A stretch of 64,000 nucleotides of DNA from Magnetococcales bacterium (GCA_015229005.1 JADGCL010000005.1:3324-67323), one strand, 5' to 3'. Counted from the first letter of the stretch, positions 42,326-52,511 are shown. Numbers and translations are program-made. Notes: generated by a model not told the origin, from the letters alone.

Positions 42326-43470
42326 GAGTTTTGATTCTCGGCGGTGACGGCTATCTGGGTTGGCCGACAGCCATGAACCTGACGGCCTCCGGTCACGAGG
42401 TGGCCGTGGCCGACAACTATCTGCGGCGGCGACTGGCCCAGGAAGAGGATGTCGAACCCCTCTTTTCGCCACCGAACCTCTTTCGTCGTGTCGAATTGTG
42501 GCGGGAGATTTCCGGGCACTCGATCAAACCCTACATCGGTGACCTGTGCGATTGGTCGGTAATGGAGACGATCTTTCGCACGTTTCGACCCGAAGCGGTG
42601 GTCCACTACGCCGAGCAGCCGTCGGCCCCGTATTCCATGCTTAACCGACGGGCGGCCTCACTGACGCTCTCCAACAATCTGGGAGTCACCAGCAATCTGA
42701 TCTTCGCGGTGCGCGAATTTGCCCCCGAGGCCCATATCGTCAAATTGGGGAGCATGGGCGAATACGGCACCCCGAATATCGATATCGAGGAGGGTTGGAT
42801 CGATATCCGGCGCAACGGTCGGGAAGATCGTTTTCTCTATCCGCGGCAAGCTGGCAGCCTCTACCATACGACCAAGATCATGGATACCGATCTTCTCTGG
42901 TTCTATGTGCGGATGTGGGATCTCCGGGTGACTGACCTCATGCAGGGGCCTGTCTATGGTATTGTGACCCGGGAAACTGAAGAGAACGAAGATCTTCTGC
43001 CGTTCTACTTTTATGACGAAATCTTTGGGACCGTTCTCAACCGGTTCGTTGTTCAGGCGGTGGCGGGCCATCCTCTGACCGTCTACGGCAGGGGGGAACA
43101 GACTCGCGGCTATCTGAATATTGTCGACACCCTGGACTGTGTCCGGCTCTCTCTGGAGAACCCGGCGGACAGGGGTCAATTGCGCGTTTTTAATCAATTC
43201 ACGGAGACTTTTTCGGTTAACGAACTCGCCTCCCGGGTGGTTCGGGCGGGGAAGGCTCTGGGTCTGAATGTGGGGGTTACACCGGTCAGCAATCCCCGCA
43301 AGGAAAAAGAGGAGCATTATTATAACCCAAAACATAGTCACCTCCTCGAACTGGGATTGAAGCCCCACCTGCTCACCGACGAGGTCGTGACCGGGATGAT
43401 GCAGAGGGTCCTGCGCCACCGCCATGCCATTCGGCACAAGGCCATCATTCGGGGTGTAAAGTGGGCGTGA
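42322..43470 (+). CDS. sqdB: UDP-sulfoquinovose synthase (SqdB/Agl3 family)
   Basis: GGDGYLGWPT, AEQPSAPYSM, LGSMGEYGTPNIDIEEG, YHTTK, GTVLNRF, FNQFTE, NPRKEKEEHYYN. Confidence 0.93.
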   Translation: MRVLILGGDGYLGWPTAMNLTASGHEVAVADNYLRRRLAQEEDVEPLFSPPNLFRRVELWREISGHSIKPYIGDLCDWSVMETIFRTFRPEAVVHYAEQPSAPYSMLNRRAASLTLSNNLGVTSNLIFAVREFAPEAHIVKLGSMGEYGTPNIDIEEGWIDIRRNGREDRFLYPRQAGSLYHTTKIMDTDLLWFYVRMWDLRVTDLMQGPVYGIVTRETEENEDLLPFYFYDEIFGTVLNRFVVQAVAGHPLTVYGRGEQTRGYLNIVDTLDCVRLSLENPADRGQLRVFNQFTETFSVNELASRVVRAGKALGLNVGVTPVSNPRKEKEEHYYNPKHSHLLELGLKPHLLTDEVVTGMMQRVLRHRHAIRHKAIIRGVKWA

Positions 43471-43581
43471 AGTGCCGTATTGGGAGCAAGTTTTTAATTT
43501 TTTGTTGCCACCCGCCTCGTTGTTTTCCTGTTTGCCGCTGGTGTTCCGGGAATTGGTGTGGAGCCCGCTTCCAGGGTATAG

Positions 43582-43733
43582 CAGTCCGTTGATAAACACA
43601 GGCAGGGCCTTCCAGGGATGGCCGGCCAGATACAGCGAGACGGTGTAAATCGTTGAATTTGGGAGGGGAGGCAAAGCCATATTTTGTCCTTCCGAGTTGA
43701 AACAGTCCATGGATGGACTTTTTCGACAGTCCG
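43582..43733 (+). mobile_element. MITE/REP-like element, copy 3
   Basis: Colinear with 5-154 over its full length. Confidence 0.85.
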
Positions 43734-43766
43734 GTAGATTCCTGCCGTCTGTTTGAGGGTTCATTC

Positions 43767-45770
43767 ATGACCGATTGGCTGTTCCAATTTGTTCCAGATG
43801 GTTTTGCCCGGTACAGGGATTTTCCTTCTGCAGTCGAGCGGGCGGAGTTGCTGGTCTCGAACCTGTCTGTTTTGGTCTTATTGTTATTTATTTATGTTGC
43901 AATTTTCCTGTTATCTGCGCCAAGGTTCAGGCCTCTTCTGAATAAAGGATTTGTGGGTATTTTATTGTTACTTCCCTGGATTGTCAGAACATTTTGGGAA
44001 TATGCTTATGATACCCCGGTCGGGTTTGTTTGTATTTTTTCAGATTTGTTTGTTATATATTTCGTTATGCGTTGGATTGGATCATTGGTCTATTTTGGTC
44101 CCTACGTTGCCATTCAATTGACTGCCGGCGTCTCTCTGGTTGCTTTTGTCGGGGCATTTCTGGTTCTCGTCGGTATTCAGGAGTTCTTCCGTTCCCCTTC
44201 TTCCTTCGTTCATCTTGTTGTCACTCTTCTTGTGGTGAGGGGGGCGGTGTTCCGTAGGGGTGAGTTCGGGTTGATTCCTGTCCCAAGTGGTTTGACCATT
44301 GCCTTTTTTCTTGTTTGTTCGCTTCCGTTCCTGCCGTTCATATTTTCTTCCTCCCCGCCAGACAGTGACATCATAGCCCAGACAGATATCCTTGGTTACT
44401 GGTATCAGGGATTTCCGATGTTCCATATCACTGCCGGGCCGGCTGGAGAGTGGTTTTCCTTGCGTTATCCCGCCGGGTTCTCGTCCCTGGGGTATTTTGT
44501 CTCCCATTTGTTAAATGTTCGTGCCAGCGAGGTCACTCTTCTCCTTTGGTATTTTTCTTTCCCGTTGTTTGTCGGAGTCATTCTTGTCTTGACGCAACGA
44601 TTGGGGGGTAATCCCTATCTTTCCGTTCTGCTTTGTTTGTCCGCTCCCTTGGTCGCGGCTATCCGTGGAGGTCAGCTTCCGGAGTTGTTCGGGTATCTTT
44701 GCGGAGGGGCTTCGGTTTTTCTTATCTCTGAATCAAGAGTTCGGTTGGCTGCTTTGGCATTGTCCGCGGCCACGTTTTTTCAGCCGGGTGTGGCGGCCCC
44801 GTTCTGGTTTGTCATGGCTGTTGGATTGGTCGTATCCTTGCGGGGATGGAGCTGGTGGGATCGGGTTTCCAGAAATCATGTTCTTGCCGGGGTGTTTTTA
44901 TTGTTGACCTGTTTTTCCTACATGTTATTCATTACCCAGGGAGACCGGATCCAGGCTTCCATCCCGGAAGAAGATCTGCGGAACGTCTCCCTGGATGTCT
45001 TTGTTCGTCATCTTGTTCAATTTATTGAGAAATTTGATCTTTTTTTCTTGGTTTCTCTTGTCTTTTTTGCGATTCTTTGTTTCGATACCGAACGTGATCG
45101 CCGCCGGCTTTCATTTTATATGGCCGCATGGGTTGTCGGACTTGTTTTATATACTGCTGTTTTTGGATACTTGCCTACTGGTGCCGTATACATGACTGCC
45201 GGATTGAGTCATGTGGCTTTCGGGATTCTTGGGCTGAGCGCAATACTCGGGATATTGTTTCGTTTATTTTCGCAAGGGTTATTTTTTCGTTCCGTGGCGT
45301 TTGTGGGATGTGGTTTGGCGGCGTATTCCATGATTGGTTACAGCCATTTGTTCCATTTCGGCAGCGCGTTTTCGACCCACTCACTTGTCCGTATGGGAAG
45401 ATACATGGAAAAGCATTTGCTGGAGACAGCGCTGGTTGCCAATGTGGCGCCGCCCGGATCACGCCCTTGGATGGCGTTGAAGGGATTGCCTCAAAAGCAT
45501 GCCTTAGGTTTCATGGCGGGAGGGAACAGTATCAGGAACGTCCTTTTTTCCTGCATCTCCTCGCATCAGATCAAAGACGGGATTGTCTTGCCACGGGCCC
45601 CTTTCCAAGCCTGTTTGGATGGTCCGACGGACCGGGTTTTTTCTTGTCTGTCCGGTTTGGGGGTGACCCATCTTCTGGTGGATGCCCGACCGGAAACCGC
45701 TTCCTACGCGGCCTCCCTCAGGGCGTCGCCGTTGGTCCGTTTTGGGGATACCTACCTCTATGAGTTCTGA
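43767..45770 (+). CDS. Polytopic membrane protein, possible GT-C glycosyltransferase
   Basis: More than 14 hydrophobic segments; PPDSD...YPAGF loop; the ORF-track start at 43713 lies inside the repeat. Confidence 0.6.
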   Translation: MTDWLFQFVPDGFARYRDFPSAVERAELLVSNLSVLVLLLFIYVAIFLLSAPRFRPLLNKGFVGILLLLPWIVRTFWEYAYDTPVGFVCIFSDLFVIYFVMRWIGSLVYFGPYVAIQLTAGVSLVAFVGAFLVLVGIQEFFRSPSSFVHLVVTLLVVRGAVFRRGEFGLIPVPSGLTIAFFLVCSLPFLPFIFSSSPPDSDIIAQTDILGYWYQGFPMFHITAGPAGEWFSLRYPAGFSSLGYFVSHLLNVRASEVTLLLWYFSFPLFVGVILVLTQRLGGNPYLSVLLCLSAPLVAAIRGGQLPELFGYLCGGASVFLISESRVRLAALALSAATFFQPGVAAPFWFVMAVGLVVSLRGWSWWDRVSRNHVLAGVFLLLTCFSYMLFITQGDRIQASIPEEDLRNVSLDVFVRHLVQFIEKFDLFFLVSLVFFAILCFDTERDRRRLSFYMAAWVVGLVLYTAVFGYLPTGAVYMTAGLSHVAFGILGLSAILGILFRLFSQGLFFRSVAFVGCGLAAYSMIGYSHLFHFGSAFSTHSLVRMGRYMEKHLLETALVANVAPPGSRPWMALKGLPQKHALGFMAGGNSIRNVLFSCISSHQIKDGIVLPRAPFQACLDGPTDRVFSCLSGLGVTHLLVDARPETASYAASLRASPLVRFGDTYLYEF

Positions 45771-47238
45771 TATTGCCTCGGCTTCCCTTCCTGTCCTCCT
45801 GATCAATCCCCATTCGTCTCCCTTGGAAAGGTATGGGAGTCGTCTGGCTTCGTTGGGGCCGGTCACCGAACCCTTGGGATTGGCCTATCTGGCTGGTGTG
45901 GCGGAAGAACGGGGGTATCCGGTGAAAATCCTGGATATGATTGCTTTGGGACTGACTCCCGAGGCTCTCCCGGGTGAGCTTGATATCCGTCAATATGCCG
46001 TGGTGGGCATCACCATCAATACCCCCATGTTCGAGCGGGCGGCAGAGGTTGCGCGTTGGGTTCGTTCCCGTCACCCTGGGGCTCTGCTCGTTGCTGGTGG
46101 TCCCCATCCGACCGCGCTCCCCTTGGAGACCCTGGAAGATATTCCCCAGTTGGATTTTGTGGTTTGCGGGGAGGGGGAGATGACCTTTGCCGAAATTCTC
46201 GCTTCTACCCGGGTCCATGGTGGGCGGACGGTCGTGGAGGATCCTGGAATTATAGCTGGTATCGCTTTTCGTCGGGATGGCGAGAGGTTGGAAACGCCGG
46301 CACGGACTGGGGTCGCCAATCTCGACGATCTCCCTTTGCCGGCGCGCCATCTCCTGCCAATGGATCGTTACCGGACGGCGGTGAGCAATGTGGGACAGGG
46401 GCATGCCTTTACGGTGATTCCCGCTCGGGGGTGTCCCTTCCGCTGCAGTTTTTGCAGCCATCCCTTTGGACGGACCTTTCGCCGGCATTCGCCGGGGCGG
46501 GTGGTTCGTGAGATTCAATTCCTGGTTTCCCGGTACGGGGCGCGGGAAATTCGTATCGAGGCGGATACCCTCTCCGTGCATCGGGCCTTTCTCAGGGAAT
46601 TGTGTTCAAGTCTGGTCGATTCCGGGCTCCATCGTCAGGTTCGTTGGAGCGCCTCCTGCCGTGCCGACTGTGTCGATCGGGAGTTGCTGGAGGCGATGCG
46701 TCAGGCGGGGTGTTGGCAGATCGCCTATGGGGTGGAAAGTGGTTCTCAGCGCTTGTTGGATCTGATTCAAAAGGGCGAACGGTTGGATGATTTTCGCGCG
46801 ATTTTTCCTCTGACACGCCAGATCGGGATTTCCACCAAGGCCTTTTTCATGCTGGGGTTGCCAACGGAAACCCGGGAAGAGAGCCTTGAGACGATTCGGT
46901 TTGCTTGCGAGTTGGATCCGGATTGGGTTCAGTTCACTCTGACGACACCCTATCCGGGGACGCCGATGTTTGAACAGACTTTGGAAGGAACACGGTCACG
47001 GCCGACGGACTGGTCCCGATTCAATACTTGGGCAGGACTGGCTGATCGGGACTTGGTCTATGTCCCGGAGGGTCGGACTGCGGCGGAATTGAAAGAGTTG
47101 CAGAAGTTTGCGCTGCGTCGGTTTTACTGCCGTCCACGCCCCCTGTTGCGGTTTCTCGGATCCTGTTCTTCCTGGGACCGGTTTCGGACGCTTTTGTCCG
47201 GGGCGCGAGTTCTGATGCCGGCCCGATCCGGGCAGTGA
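45760..47238 (+). CDS. B12-binding radical SAM protein
   Basis: EPLGLAYLA, GGPHPT, GEGE, RGCPFRCSFC, GVESG, PYPGT. Confidence 0.92.
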   Translation: MSSDIASASLPVLLINPHSSPLERYGSRLASLGPVTEPLGLAYLAGVAEERGYPVKILDMIALGLTPEALPGELDIRQYAVVGITINTPMFERAAEVARWVRSRHPGALLVAGGPHPTALPLETLEDIPQLDFVVCGEGEMTFAEILASTRVHGGRTVVEDPGIIAGIAFRRDGERLETPARTGVANLDDLPLPARHLLPMDRYRTAVSNVGQGHAFTVIPARGCPFRCSFCSHPFGRTFRRHSPGRVVREIQFLVSRYGAREIRIEADTLSVHRAFLRELCSSLVDSGLHRQVRWSASCRADCVDRELLEAMRQAGCWQIAYGVESGSQRLLDLIQKGERLDDFRAIFPLTRQIGISTKAFFMLGLPTETREESLETIRFACELDPDWVQFTLTTPYPGTPMFEQTLEGTRSRPTDWSRFNTWAGLADRDLVYVPEGRTAAELKELQKFALRRFYCRPRPLLRFLGSCSSWDRFRTLLSGARVLMPARSGQ

Positions 47239-47337
47239 TTGGCCGTCCGTGTTGCCTGCAATAAACTCGAATTGTCGTTCGATCCCGCTTCAAGCCTGGA
47301 AACGGGTTATGTTTTCTTTGGACAAGGATGTCTTGTC

Positions 47338-48390
47338 ATGATTTCTCTCTCACTTGTCCGTCTGTTGGGTTTGTCGTGTGGTTTGGTATGTTTGCTGTTT
47401 TTGTTTCGGCGGCTCCGGTCCGGTGTCCAGGACTGGAGTCGGACGGGCTGGCTCGTGTTGTTTTTTTTATTGACCACTCTGATCAGTCTGTTCCCCTCTC
47501 TTATGAATTTTCCTGCCGAGATTTTCTATCTTGGCGAAGTCCAAGGGGGAAGGGTGATAGCGGCGACCATTTTTTCCTCCATTTTTTTGTGGATCGTTAT
47601 TCTCAGTGACCGGAGTCGCGAGCAGGGAAAAATGTTATTGATCGAGAGGATGCTGAGGATCCTTTTGGTCAGGCAGTCCCTGAGTGATCTGAGACCCGTT
47701 CTTGAGGGTGCCGATATTGTCATCATCGTTCCGTCTTATAATGAAGTTGACAATCTGCGCGAGTTATTGCCGCGTCTTCCTCAGAGTTGTTGTGGACGTT
47801 CTGTGCGAGTTCTTGTTGTTGACGATGGCAGTCACGATTGTACTTCTGATCTTGTTCGTCAGAGTGGACATTGTGTAATATCGCACCCCGTCAATATGGG
47901 TGGAGGGGCGGCGCTCATGACGGGATATGAAACGGTCAGATTGCTGGGCGTTCCTTTTCTTGTGACCATGGACGCTGATGGTCAACACGATCCGGGTGAG
48001 ATTGACTCGCTGGTCGCGCCACTGCTGAATGGAGAGGCGGACCTGGTGATCGGGTCCAGGATCCTCGGAGCGCACCACAGGGAGTCCCAACTTCGTCACT
48101 GGGGTGTCCTTTTTTTTAGTCGCCTCATCAATTTGCTGATGGGGACAAAGATTACGGATTGTTCTTGTGGGTTTCGGGCCTTGGATGCAAAAATTTTGGC
48201 AAAATTGGATCTTAGGCAGAATCAGTATTACGCTGCGGAGACAATCGTTCTTGCCAGCAAGATTGGATTTCGGATCATCGAGCGACCGGTTACGATATAT
48301 CGTCGAACTTCAGGAAAAAGCAAGAAGGGTGGAGGCTTTGTTTATGGGTTGTCTTTTATGAAAGTTATTATAAAGAATTGGTGGAGATGA
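47338..48390 (+). CDS. DUF2304-like membrane domain fused to a DPM1-like GT2 glycosyltransferase
   Basis: 3 N-terminal TMs; PSYNE, VDDGS, MDADGQHDP, VIGSR, DCSCGFRA, GKSK. Confidence 0.85.
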   Translation: MISLSLVRLLGLSCGLVCLLFLFRRLRSGVQDWSRTGWLVLFFLLTTLISLFPSLMNFPAEIFYLGEVQGGRVIAATIFSSIFLWIVILSDRSREQGKMLLIERMLRILLVRQSLSDLRPVLEGADIVIIVPSYNEVDNLRELLPRLPQSCCGRSVRVLVVDDGSHDCTSDLVRQSGHCVISHPVNMGGGAALMTGYETVRLLGVPFLVTMDADGQHDPGEIDSLVAPLLNGEADLVIGSRILGAHHRESQLRHWGVLFFSRLINLLMGTKITDCSCGFRALDAKILAKLDLRQNQYYAAETIVLASKIGFRIIERPVTIYRRTSGKSKKGGGFVYGLSFMKVIIKNWWR

Positions 48391-48451
48391 TGTGTTTTCC
48401 TCGGGTTTGGTTCCATGTATGTTGTCATCATACTGTTGCAATTCCTCTGTC

Positions 48452-49156
48452 ATGATTATTCCGTCCGAGCGCAAAATTTATGCTTCGTCATTTTTGTATT
48501 TTATCAATTTATTGTTGGTTCCCGTCAAGATGCTTGTTCCGCAACCGTTGATCCGGATCATTCCGGGTTTGACAAGTAACGAGGATCTTCGCCTTGGTTT
48601 GGCGAGACAAGCTGTTATTGGTCGTCTTCTGGACATTGGTTGCGGATCGAACCGGCTTGTACGCGAATATCGAGCTGATGGATTTTCCGGTGAGGGGGTG
48701 GATGTCCACCCTTGGCCTGGGGTTGACCGTGTTGTCGACGATTCCGGGAGTCTTCCATATGAGGATGGTGATTTTGATAGCGTAGTTCTGATCGCCTGCA
48801 TTAATCATATTCCCAACCGCTCTGCCGTTCTTGCCGAGGTTTATCGGCTCCTGACCCCCGATGGGCGATTGATTCTGACGTTTCTTACTCCCTTGATCTC
48901 CCGGATCTGGCATGCCTGGGCGTTCTGGGACAGCGACCAGAACGAACGTGGCATGAAGGAAGGGGAGGTGTGGGGTTTCACCCTGGCTGAGCTGACGGAC
49001 CTATTGGGGGCGGCGGGTTTCACGGTGATACGGCGGGTCAGCTTTACCTGGGGATTGAATCGATTGTGGATTTGTCAAAAGGCCTTTTCCGCAGATTGGC
49101 AGCCTGTTTATCAACGGGCCGCTATTCTGTCTGAAAGGTATCGAGGGCTTGAATGA
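48452..49156 (+). CDS. Class I SAM-dependent methyltransferase (start uncertain)
   Basis: LLDIGCG, GVD, LPYEDGDFD, NHIP, RLLTPDG. Confidence 0.85.
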   Translation: MIIPSERKIYASSFLYFINLLLVPVKMLVPQPLIRIIPGLTSNEDLRLGLARQAVIGRLLDIGCGSNRLVREYRADGFSGEGVDVHPWPGVDRVVDDSGSLPYEDGDFDSVVLIACINHIPNRSAVLAEVYRLLTPDGRLILTFLTPLISRIWHAWAFWDSDQNERGMKEGEVWGFTLAELTDLLGAAGFTVIRRVSFTWGLNRLWICQKAFSADWQPVYQRAAILSERYRGLE

Positions 49157-50226
49157 GAATTTCTGAGAAAATATTGTCTTTTTCTAATGTGAAGCATTTT
49201 GGTCTTTACAAACGTTATGGTGTTCTTGCCGCTCGTTCTATGACATTTCAAAGATTTCGAAACGGATTTTCTGGTGCTATCGATTATATCCTTATGAAAT
49301 CAAATCCTTCCTGCTACCCTGTCGTTGTGAAAGTCGAGACCTCTGCCGTTTGTAATCTTTCATGTCCTGGTTGCCTGCAAGGTCAGAACAAGTCAAACTT
49401 CAAGTCAAGTATGCGGATGCCTCTCGATCTTTTTTGCAAAATTTTAGATGAAGACCGGGGGCGCTCCGTTATTTTCGTTCTTTATCATCGAGGGGAGCCA
49501 TTTCTTAACGTCGATCTTTTTTCAATGATTTCTTGTTTGACGAGGGAAAATCTCGTCTCTTCCGTCAGCTCCAATTTCAGCCTCCCCTTTGCAAGATGTG
49601 ATTTTGAGGCGATGGTCGACAGCGGCCTGAGTCATCTGATTGTTTCGGTCGATGGGGCTTCTCAGGATGTTTATGGGGTCTCGCGGGAAGGGGGAAACCT
49701 TGACCTTGTCGTCCACAATATCCGTGAACTTATTGCCGTTCGTCGGCGCAGAGGTTCCCGGACCCCGCTTATCGAGCAGCAGTGCGTCGTTTATTCCCAC
49801 AACCGCCACGAACTGGGCAAGGTGACCGAGTTGGCCCGGTCGTTGGGGGTTGATAGGGTCACCTTTGTCCCGGATGTGACTCGGGATCATCGAATGGTTC
49901 TGGGTCAGGCCAATCGGGCAGAGTCCGCAGGGAGTGAATTCCGTTCGGGTTCTCCGCCCGGATCGAGACTTGGGCCTCTGCTTCTGCCCCAATGTTCCTG
50001 GCCGTGGTTTTCGGTCCTTGTCAAATGGAATGGCGAGATATTGCCCTGTTGTATCTACGATTGGACGCGAGAGAAATTCGATTTTGGCAACATCAACGAT
50101 GCGTCCTTGCATGCAATATGGCACGGTCCCCGCTACCGGCGCCTCAGGCAGGCCCTTGCTCAACGGCAGGCTTCGTCGTTCGTGCGGGATCCCTTTTGTC
50201 GGTATTGTCCCGGCCTTGGGAGTTGA
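49153..50226 (+). CDS. Radical SAM protein with SPASM/twitch domain
   Basis: CNLSCPGC, GEPF, SVDG, CSWPW...G..PCC...GNI...CRYC. Confidence 0.9.
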   Translation: MRISEKILSFSNVKHFGLYKRYGVLAARSMTFQRFRNGFSGAIDYILMKSNPSCYPVVVKVETSAVCNLSCPGCLQGQNKSNFKSSMRMPLDLFCKILDEDRGRSVIFVLYHRGEPFLNVDLFSMISCLTRENLVSSVSSNFSLPFARCDFEAMVDSGLSHLIVSVDGASQDVYGVSREGGNLDLVVHNIRELIAVRRRRGSRTPLIEQQCVVYSHNRHELGKVTELARSLGVDRVTFVPDVTRDHRMVLGQANRAESAGSEFRSGSPPGSRLGPLLLPQCSWPWFSVLVKWNGEILPCCIYDWTREKFDFGNINDASLHAIWHGPRYRRLRQALAQRQASSFVRDPFCRYCPGLGS

Positions 50227-50378
50227 CAGCCCGTTGATAAACGGGCTGCGCCGGCCGGGGATGGCCGACAAAAATTCGACAGGGGGGTGTTGCCCGTTGA
50301 ATTTATTAGGGAAGGCAATAACGCGTTGCTGCCTTCCCGGGTTGAAAAAGTCCAACGATGGACTTTTTCGATGGGCTG
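50227..50378 (+). mobile_element. MITE/REP-like element, copy 4
   Basis: Starts immediately after the TGA stop; CAGCCCGTTGATAAA...TTTTTCGATGGGCTG. Confidence 0.85.
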
Positions 50379-50432
50379 CCGGGGGAGTTGGTTCTTCTCC
50401 CGGAAGCCAGTGGGAGGTCGCGGGTGGGGAGA

Positions 50433-50621
50433 TCAGCTCCGACCCTGGAGCCTGCGGGCGTAGAGGGTGGCTACCCGATCGAGGACGACCAACTGTTCCT
50501 GCGAGAGGTGATGGGGCGAGACTGTCCGGTCAACCCCGAGAAAGTCCATCAATCCCTCGTAGAGTTCCGGGGCTTCCCGGACCATGACCAGATTGGCGCG
50601 AGTCTGGCTGGGGTCGAACAT
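50433..50621 (-). CDS. Putative 62-aa hypothetical protein
   Basis: GGGAGG SD before MFDPSQTRANL...; sigma54-like site upstream. Confidence 0.6.
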   Translation of the reverse strand: MFDPSQTRANLVMVREAPELYEGLMDFLGVDRTVSPHHLSQEQLVVLDRVATLYARRLQGRS

Positions 50622-50663
50622 GAGCGTGCCTCCCTGACGGTTTGAACTGCCTGGGTTACAGGA

Positions 50664-50680
50664 TGCAATTCCTGGGCCTG
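50664..50680 (-). promoter_or_regulatory. Possible sigma54 promoter
   Basis: Minus strand CAGGCCCAGGAATTGCA: GG-N10-GC spacing with TTGCA. Confidence 0.45.
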
Positions 50681-51024
50681 AATTATGTCCAATGCCTCGG
50701 CGCCGGGATTCTCCAATCACCCCTCCATGGCCGGGGAGATCTTGCCTCCGCTTCTGGCCAATTCTTCCACTCCCCAAAATTGTTATCGCCCCGGACTTGG
50801 AGACGGGTGAGGGAAATTTCCGGTTGGTTCTGGTAAGATTCCGCTGAAGGAGTCGTTGCCTGCGGGCGACCCCCGGAGAACCACTCCCGTGTTGGTGACG
50901 GGTTCTTGACGATGGTGTGGTTGACGACCGTCCGGGGAGGGCGGTGCCGGGGGAGAGGCTGTTGGCGGGGGGGGTTGGCGGAGGGTTGTCGCCTGCGGGT
51001 TGTCGGCGAAAGGGAGAGGGTGTC

Positions 51025-51381
51025 ATGGGAGGATCGCAGGAGGGAAGGCCGCATCCGGCGGAGACGTTGGCCAGGATCGTTACCGAGGGGTCCCGAGACA
51101 AGCTGATCTTCCTTGCCTTCATGACCCAGACCTGCCCAGGCTGCAAAGAGACCTACGAGGCGCTGAAGAAATTCTCCTCGGCGCATGGGCAGGCGGTGGA
51201 GGTGGTGGTGGTGGATGCGGATCGCCATCCATCGATTTCTCTCGCCTATCAGGTGCGTGGGGTGCCGACTTTGGTGGTTTACGGTCGGCAGAGGCCTTTG
51301 TTCACCGAGACCGGACCAAAGTCGAAACGGAACCTGGAGAAGATGTTCAAGATGGCTCGGTCGATGCTGCCGGGAAGTTGA
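51025..51381 (+). CDS. Thioredoxin family protein
   Basis: CPGC, VDAD, VRGVPT. Confidence 0.8.
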   Translation: MGGSQEGRPHPAETLARIVTEGSRDKLIFLAFMTQTCPGCKETYEALKKFSSAHGQAVEVVVVDADRHPSISLAYQVRGVPTLVVYGRQRPLFTETGPKSKRNLEKMFKMARSMLPGS

Positions 51382-51458
51382 ATTGGTGAAATAATGGTTG
51401 ATCTTTCTCGGGCGGGGGCAGAATCTGTTGGGGTGGGCACTGTGCGGGAGGAGTATTC

Positions 51459-52511
51459 ATGGGAGCGTTTCTTGTCCGGAAGGCTGCCGTAACGGAGTGG
51501 ATCCGCTCTCTGGCACGGGAACAGCCCCTTTTTTTTCCGCAACCGGTGGGGCGGAGCGGTTTTCGTTTTCAGCCGCTGCGGGAGGGGTCGGAGGTCCGGT
51601 TCGACCACTATCGGCCGTCGGTTGTGCCGCCCGGGAGGCAGCTGACCCCTGCCGGGGAGGTCCTTTTTCGCTATCGGACGGGTGAGGGCGGCGTCCCGGG
51701 TTTCGAATCGGTGTTGGATGCCTCTCCCCGGATTCTTGCAGGGGTGCGACCGTGCGATCTCCGGGGGATTTACCTTATGGATCGGGTCAATCGGGAGGGT
51801 CGTGACGATCCCCATTATCTGACGCGGCGGGCCAATACCGCCATTATTGCCTGCGACTGCCTGGCTCCCTGTGATGATTTCTGTTTCTGCGAGACCGTGG
51901 GTTCGCTTCGCTGGCGTGAGGGGGCCGATCTTTTCCTGACTTCGGTGGATGGCGACTTTCTGGTGGAGGCACTGACGCCGCTTGGCGAATCTCTGCTCCC
52001 CGGGACTGGGTTCGCCCGTTGCGAGGATGTGGCCGGTTTGCGTGCGCGTGCCGAAGAGGTGCGTGTCCGGCCCTTCGGGCGTCACTTTGCCCTCTCTCCG
52101 GAGCGGATTGCCGCGATCCTGCCCGGGCTGTGGCGTTCTCCGGTTTGGGAGAACTGTGGGCAGCGCTGCCTCTCCTGCGGCAGTTGCAACCTGGTTTGTC
52201 CGACATGCTATTGTTTTGATATTCAAGATGATTTTGACATATCTGACCCGTCTTCCGGCGACAGGCGACGGAATTGGGATGGTTGTCTGCTGCCCAATTT
52301 TGCCGAGGTCGCCGGCGGTCACAACTTTCGCCCGCAGCCGTCGGCCCGCCAGCGACACCGCGTCAAACGCAAATTCGAGTACCTGGTCGGGCGCCTTGCC
52401 GAGGGGAGTTTTTGCGTGGGGTGCGGACGGTGTGGTCGCCAGTGTACGGTCGGGATCGACATCTTCGATATCGTCAGCGAGTTGGTTGCCGTGGCGGAGC
52501 CGCCCCCATGA
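51459..52511 (+). CDS. Group 3b sulfhydrogenase beta subunit (4Fe-4S)
   Basis: GVRPCD, CLSCGSCNLVCPTCYC, CVGCGRCGRQC. Confidence 0.9.
   Translation: MGAFLVRKAAVTEWIRSLAREQPLFFPQPVGRSGFRFQPLREGSEVRFDHYRPSVVPPGRQLTPAGEVLFRYRTGEGGVPGFESVLDASPRILAGVRPCDLRGIYLMDRVNREGRDDPHYLTRRANTAIIACDCLAPCDDFCFCETVGSLRWREGADLFLTSVDGDFLVEALTPLGESLLPGTGFARCEDVAGLRARAEEVRVRPFGRHFALSPERIAAILPGLWRSPVWENCGQRCLSCGSCNLVCPTCYCFDIQDDFDISDPSSGDRRRNWDGCLLPNFAEVAGGHNFRPQPSARQRHRVKRKFEYLVGRLAEGSFCVGCGRCGRQCTVGIDIFDIVSELVAVAEPPP

Noticed and set aside
50358-50645. Plus-strand 95-aa ORF (and the 43713 start of the membrane protein)
   Set aside because: Both ATGs come from the ATGGACTTTTTC end of the repeat; the minus-strand ORF and ATG 43767 have better SD support
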